From IMG/VR virus record IMGVR_UViG_3300017766_005793, positions 1 through 27,463 of that record: DNA of 27,463 nucleotides; one strand, written 5' to 3'. Under the pieces are notes generated by a model. It was given only the letters and a program-made list of their open reading frames with translations, was not told where the DNA came from and made no database searches. Both the position numbers and the translations under genes were made by a program. Shown piece after piece: positions 23,590 through 27,463 of this stretch. The stretch comes from a virus. Taxonomy: Duplodnaviria; Caudoviricetes. Each line of letters opens with the position of its first letter. Position 1 is the first letter of the stretch.

Positions 23590-24234
23590 TCACTTAGTAT
23601 GGTGCGTGGACTCGGTGGTGGCGTGCTGGTTGCGACATTGTCCGAGGCCTTCTTCTCCAGGAGAATCGACATGTCTCTCCCCCTCAATGGCCCGATCGTT
23701 ATCACCCTCCCCAACGCCGAGCCTGCGAACGGCGTGTACAAGTGCGTTGCCTCGTTCCGTGGGTCGGCCTCGGTTCTCGCTGAGGTTTCCGACTCCGACC
23801 GCGACGACGCCCTCGACGGCGTTCTCTCCGCTCTCCGTGGCCACAGCCTCGGCGACCTCACCCTTCTCCCCCTGATGATCACCACGGGTGGGAAGCTCGA
23901 GTACAAGTTCATCTGATCTCGCTCTCCTGAGCAGATCAAGTTCTTGTATCGTAGCCCAGCGACCGCACCTGCGAAGGGCGGTCGCGAAGCTAGGCCAGAG
24001 CCGCTCTGGAATCTCAACGCGAGGACCCTCCTTGTACAGCAAGGAAAGGTCCAGCAAGAGATCTAGGGCGGCTCTAGCTATTTTGGGGACAGGCTCCTCT
24101 TCGAAGTAGGCGCTCTGCTTTTCTTCCGCCCGACGAGCCCGAGCGTAGGCTGCCGCCCACGTCCGGTACTCGTCGCTGTCCCGAGGGACTCCTCGAGGAT
24201 ACCGAGGTGCCCCAGGTACCTTAGGCTTCATCAC
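23590..24234 (-). CDS. Hypothetical protein; its C-terminal half runs antisense through 23671..23916
   Basis: GTGA-coupled to the upstream gene with GGAGG SD. The first ~105 aa look protein-like; the remainder resembles antisense read-through. Confidence 0.5.
   Translation of the reverse strand: MMKPKVPGAPRYPRGVPRDSDEYRTWAAAYARARRAEEKQSAYFEEEPVPKIARAALDLLLDLSLLYKEGPRVEIPERLWPSFATALRRCGRWATIQELDLLRRARSDELVLELPTRGDHQGEKGEVAEAVATESGENAVEGVVAVGVGNLSENRGRPTERGNALVHAVRRLGVGEGDNDRAIEGERHVDSPGEEGLGQCRNQHATTESTHHTK
23671..23916 (+). CDS. Hypothetical protein (81 aa)
   Basis: AGGAG SD before ATG 23671; C/G-ending codons typical of this phage; divergent from the XRE gene. Confidence 0.65.
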   Translation: MSLPLNGPIVITLPNAEPANGVYKCVASFRGSASVLAEVSDSDRDDALDGVLSALRGHSLGDLTLLPLMITTGGKLEYKFI

Positions 24235-24476
24235 GCCTCCGGGAGAATATCCCGCACCATATAGAAGAGCGCAGGGGCGTGCCTCTTTGGCACGACCGAG
24301 CAGAGCTCGGCGATCATCGTCAAGGCGAACTCCCTCAGAGCATGCCGCCGGAATGGGTCAGGCTGCTCGTCATACGAATCGAGCAGGTGCCTCACCGTAA
24401 CCAGAGATCTCTGGAGCATGACGACCATGTCCATGGTCAGCTCGGTATTTTCGTCACCCTCGTCGGCGATACCCAC
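24231..24476 (-). CDS. Hypothetical protein (81 aa)
   Basis: Part of a run of overlapping - strand ORFs; exact start uncertain. Confidence 0.6.
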   Translation of the reverse strand: MGIADEGDENTELTMDMVVMLQRSLVTVRHLLDSYDEQPDPFRRHALREFALTMIAELCSVVPKRHAPALFYMVRDILPEA

Positions 24477-24607
24477 ATGACCCTCGCTGTGTTTTTCGGA
24501 TTCGGGACAGAGCAGATGCCGATCACGCAGCCTGCGGTGTCTACGACGTGGTACGTCAAGCCGTGGTAGAACACCTTATCACCGATCTCGAAACTCCGGT
24601 CGCTCAT
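24437..24607 (-). CDS. Small beta-barrel (SH3/KOW-like) hypothetical protein (56 aa)
   Basis: GGAGG SD before ATG 24607; FEIGDKVFY motif. Confidence 0.6.
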   Translation of the reverse strand: MSDRSFEIGDKVFYHGLTYHVVDTAGCVIGICSVPNPKNTARVMWVSPTRVTKIPS

Positions 24608-24676
24608 AAATAACCTCCGGAGGGCGAGTCTCCCACTCTGTAGAAGTCCCGTGAAGGCGTTTGGGTCGCTTGCAAT

Positions 24677-24764
24677 CTGAAAAATACTCATGATTTAGAC
24701 CTGAAAAGTAGGAAAAAATCAACCTGAAAAGCCGATTATGCTGAGCTGCTAAAAAGTTATGCTG
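24677..24764. repeat. Short direct repeats in an AT-rich intergenic region
   Basis: CTGAAAA at 24677, 24701 and 24724 (ACCTGAAAAG twice); TTATGCTG at 24736 and 24757. Confidence 0.5.
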
Positions 24765-24800
24765 TCAGCAAACAGCAGTAACTGAGCCACGCAGATAAAT

Positions 24801-24841
24801 AAGGAAAGGGCCCCGAGGATTTTCTCGGGGCCCTTTCCTTT
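24801..24841. terminator. Rho-independent terminator-like hairpin
   Basis: Perfect 17-bp stem AAGGAAAGGGCCCCGAG / CTCGGGGCCCTTTCCTT with a 6-nt loop, about 70 bp downstream of the 24911..26071 stop. Confidence 0.8.
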
Positions 24842-24910
24842 GCTCACGATTATTCGCCATGCGAAAAATGCTGCTGCACCCTGAGCGGAATGCTCACGTT
24901 TGCTTACGCA

Positions 24911-26071
24911 TTATTTCAGACCCCAGAGGATCCGACGAGCCCTCTTCATCGACGACGCCTTGTCGATCCCGAAGACCTCCCGGAGGACCAGCATGTACCT
25001 GGCGGCCAAGGCGGAGCCGGCCTCGATGCCGATCTCCTGCTGCTTGAGAGACATGAACGCTCGGCCGGGGAAGTTGGAAGCGTACTCGAGCTCGAGGGCC
25101 TCTACCCGCGAGCGGGTGTCCTTGGTATCGATCTCGATCGCGTCGTCCTGCTTGTTGAGATACAGGTACACGCCCGAGTCCCACCGGAAGGGATAGACCT
25201 TACGGCGGGCGGCCAAGCTCTGGGTCACGCCGATGAACAGGCGAGGCGCCGCCGGCCACTTGAGGCCCAGCGAACGGTTCGCGTAGCGGCTCTGGTTGAG
25301 GAGGTGATGGTCCTCCTCTTCCGTCATCTGGTCGACCTCCTCGTGGAGGTAGACGCCATGAGCAGCGCGAGCCAAGGCAGGGGGCTCCCAGTCCGACTGG
25401 TACGGGGCCTGATATTCGCCGTCCGAGATAAACCAGTTGGCGGTGCTCTCAGGGATTTCTCCGGCCGCCCAGAGGGCAGCCTGAGAATCCCGACCGTCTC
25501 GGTTCCACTGCGGGGCAGGCAGGCTAGAGGCGATGTCGCTGACGAGCTTGTCCAGCTGGACCCGGTCAGGCGAGAGGATTTCCACCGCCACCCTGGCCCC
25601 CGCTGCTCCCAGCGCAACGAGGTCCTCGTATGACTCTTCGTCGATGCGCGACAAGATCATATCGCGAGGCTTTGCCGTTCGAATGGGCTTCGAAAGGCAA
25701 GCCGCGTCCAAAGGGCCGAAGAACAACCTCGGGTTCTCCTGGGTGCCCTTGGCCATGCGGAAGCCATCAATGAAGGCCATGAAGTCGAAGTTGCCCCGGA
25801 AATCGTTCTTTGCCGGCGACGGGAACACATAGCATTTCATGTTGTCATGCTGAGCAACCCACACCCCCAAGAGGAATGTGGCGCCTCGCAGGACAACCAT
25901 TACACAGTTCGGGTCGTGCGGGACGAAGGGCCCGCACTCCTTGCAGAGCCTGAAGAGCTCTTCTCGTGTTTCCTTCTCGAGGCCGTTGAGCGCAGGGCTT
26001 ACAGGCCTGTGCTCAGAGTCCAACCTCATCTCGTGGACAGTTGTCCCCGTCGTCATGATCAGCGTTCGCAT
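24911..26071 (-). CDS. Hypothetical protein (386 aa)
   Basis: Long ORF with GGAG SD, followed by the hairpin. No motif recognised. Confidence 0.75.
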   Translation of the reverse strand: MRTLIMTTGTTVHEMRLDSEHRPVSPALNGLEKETREELFRLCKECGPFVPHDPNCVMVVLRGATFLLGVWVAQHDNMKCYVFPSPAKNDFRGNFDFMAFIDGFRMAKGTQENPRLFFGPLDAACLSKPIRTAKPRDMILSRIDEESYEDLVALGAAGARVAVEILSPDRVQLDKLVSDIASSLPAPQWNRDGRDSQAALWAAGEIPESTANWFISDGEYQAPYQSDWEPPALARAAHGVYLHEEVDQMTEEEDHHLLNQSRYANRSLGLKWPAAPRLFIGVTQSLAARRKVYPFRWDSGVYLYLNKQDDAIEIDTKDTRSRVEALELEYASNFPGRAFMSLKQQEIGIEAGSALAARYMLVLREVFGIDKASSMKRARRILWGLK

Positions 26072-26201
26072 TTATGGTCTCCGTAGTCTAGTGGCTTAAC
26101 CTACACCACAAAGACCTAAGCCTAGCAACGGAAAATCGGCCTTCCAGCCCGGCCCAGAAAACCTGCGGTTTCAGGGTGTCGGCAACTGGCGTTGCCGTTG
26201 G

Positions 26202-26750
26202 CTAGTCCCGTGGTCGCCGGACGCGCGGGAGCACGCTGGAGATATACCGCTCGCTGCCACCGCGTGGGGTGCTGCGCTTTCCGATGGTGCAAATCGACTT
26301 GTTGGTGCCTCGGTCAGCCCAGCTCTTTATGGCTCCGTAGGAGTAGCCACAGGCCGCTGCCAGCTCTGTCAGGGTCATGCCGGGCTTGGCCTTGGCATGA
26401 ATGAGATCAGTAGACAGTCGGTTCTTGCAACCCTTGAGCTTGAGGCGCCTGATAAGCTCAGACGAGGTTGATGATTTGTTGAAGGCCCTGCTTACAGCAC
26501 GGAGAGGTAGGCGCTCCGCACTCGCGGACCTCAGGGCTGCGTAGTAGGCTTCTTCCCGGACTCGGCGTGCCGTGCCGTAATCCTTCAGCAGCTGCTGCCC
26601 TTCGGTGGTCTTGTTTATACGTTTGCGGGTCACGTCCCAAGATAATCCCAAGGGCTCGGCCCAAAGGGTGATGGGTGTGAGCCAGTCCTCCGGACCGGCG
26701 CGCTCGTTAAGGTGAGAGCGCATCTCCTGCATGGCTTCTTCGATGGTCAT
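26202..26750 (-). CDS. Multi-HTH DNA-binding protein
   Basis: Start reassigned to ATG 26750 (AGGAG SD). HTH-like WAEPLGLSWDVTRKRI and MTLTELAAACGYSYGAIKSW. Confidence 0.7.
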   Translation of the reverse strand: MTIEEAMQEMRSHLNERAGPEDWLTPITLWAEPLGLSWDVTRKRINKTTEGQQLLKDYGTARRVREEAYYAALRSASAERLPLRAVSRAFNKSSTSSELIRRLKLKGCKNRLSTDLIHAKAKPGMTLTELAAACGYSYGAIKSWADRGTNKSICTIGKRSTPRGGSERYISSVLPRVRRPRD

Positions 26751-26764
26751 GATTGCTCCTTGTT

Positions 26765-26983
26765 CTAGTCTGGGTACATGGTGCAGAACACGCGGTCCTC
26801 GGAGGACAGGTCTTCGCCTTCCTTCCATGGTCCTTCGATGGTGAAGCGCGTGGTCTGCTTCGCCACTGGCGAATGGCCGTGACTGAACGCCGCGCAGAGT
26901 TGGCGCGCGTCCTGGAGCTGCGACACGATGTGCATGGCTAGCACCGTGGTGCCCTTCCAAGCGGTGACGACGTAGAAGGTCAC
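26765..26983 (-). CDS. Hypothetical protein (72 aa)
   Basis: GGAGGAG SD, GTG start overlapping the upstream stop. Confidence 0.65.
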   Translation of the reverse strand: MTFYVVTAWKGTTVLAMHIVSQLQDARQLCAAFSHGHSPVAKQTTRFTIEGPWKEGEDLSSEDRVFCTMYPD

Positions 26984-27141
26984 GACTCCTCCCTGAAGCT
27001 AAGCGCCTCGCGGATACGGCGCGCAAGCTCATCGTTTGGACAGCGCGGGTCGTGGTGCTCCCAGCCGTTCCGGCAGCGGTTGCACCGCTCCTCTTGGACT
27101 TGCTTGAACAGCTGCCGCAGCAGCTCTCGTGTAGTGCTCAT
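26980..27141 (-). CDS. Small putative Zn-binding protein (CNRC..HH..C; 53 aa)
   Basis: GGAGG SD before ATG 27141; ATGA coupling. Confidence 0.65.
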   Translation of the reverse strand: MSTTRELLRQLFKQVQEERCNRCRNGWEHHDPRCPNDELARRIREALSFREES

Positions 27142-27329
27142 GGTGCCTCCTGTTCCGTATAAAAGCGCTGGTAGCCCCCAGAGCAGGGCATCCACTTCTC
27201 GGTCAGGTCCGCGACGTCAAGGACGACGAGGCGCACGAAGCACCCACCCTCGTTAGTGCTTGGAATGCGGTCAATCGGGAAGTTGACGTAGCCAACGACT
27301 GCGTTGGTACGGCGACGGCTTGGCTTCAT
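27138..27329 (-). CDS. Hypothetical protein (63 aa)
   Basis: GAGGAGG SD; ATGA coupling on both sides. Confidence 0.65.
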   Translation of the reverse strand: MKPSRRRTNAVVGYVNFPIDRIPSTNEGGCFVRLVVLDVADLTEKWMPCSGGYQRFYTEQEAP

Positions 27330-27463
27330 GAATCCTCCTCGGCTTCTTCTGCCCAGCGCTTCCAGGTGGCGTCGAAGTGCTTGCTGACTTTGAGGCTCAG
27401 TGCTTCCACCTCATCGTCCCATTCGTAGTCAAAGCCCTCGTCCCAGTTCATGGAGGCCCTCAG
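27326..27463 (-). CDS. Partial acidic hypothetical protein (3' end)
   Basis: Open frame from the window edge, LRASMNWDEGFDYEWDDEV...EEAEEDS*, with the stop overlapping the next ATG. Confidence 0.55.
   Translation of the reverse strand: MRASMNWDEGFDYEWDDEVEALSLKVSKHFDATWKRWAEEAEEDS

Larger units (their letters stand above)
1..27463. mobile_element. Tailed dsDNA bacteriophage genome segment (lysis, replication/recombination and packaging modules)
   Basis: Terminase, endolysin and holin-like genes, phage-type PolA/primase/helicase/gp32-like SSB, HNH endonuclease, tightly overlapping genes and many small ORFs. No host housekeeping context or integrase is seen. Confidence 0.95.

Noticed and set aside
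26095-26130. Sigma70 promoter for the 386-aa gene (TTGCTA...TAGGTT, - strand)
   Set aside because: The spacer is 19 bp and there is no proper extended -10, so it is too weak to call.
26751-27032. N-terminal extension of the 276-aa ORF (26202..27032)
   Set aside because: It overlaps two better-supported small genes; the AGGAG SD indicates a start at 26750.
1-27463. CRISPR array, tRNA or rRNA genes, integrase/att site, alternative genetic code
   Set aside because: No regularly spaced repeats, cloverleaf/T-loop signatures or recombinase were seen, and conserved genes are intact under the standard code.
1-27463. Very frequent CTCGAG/GTCGAC/TCGA sites
   Set aside because: Plausibly explained by CTC/GTC followed by GAG/GAC codon preference; enrichment cannot be shown without computation.

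Overview
The whole window is part of a GC-rich, tailed dsDNA bacteriophage genome (or prophage); the host cannot be determined from sequence alone. From left to right it holds: (i) a + strand lysis cassette (amidase endolysin and three membrane proteins) preceded by an Acb2/Tad1-like nucleotide-sponge gene; (ii) a ~13 kb - strand replication/recombination operon (DnaB helicase, primase, AT-hook protein, PolA fused to a UDG-like domain, UvsY-like, gp32-like SSB, RecA, SbcD, RuvC-like, SF2 helicase) that ends, past an inverted HNH gene, in a 64-aa, 69% acidic ORF the ORF track does not call separately; (iii) a palindrome-rich divergent region followed by SbcC/Rad50, HTH proteins and a probable small terminase; (iv) a ~250-nt structured non-coding stretch, a membrane-anchored transglycosylase-like gene and a large terminase with an intein in its Walker A motif; and (v) an XRE regulator plus many small hypothetical genes. 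The features least explained by standard annotation are the acidic mini-protein, discrete islands of A-ending codons over catalytic motifs of essential genes, the structured non-coding region and the odd three-hydrophobic-segment lysis protein. All calls come from reading motifs by eye; no database searches were run.
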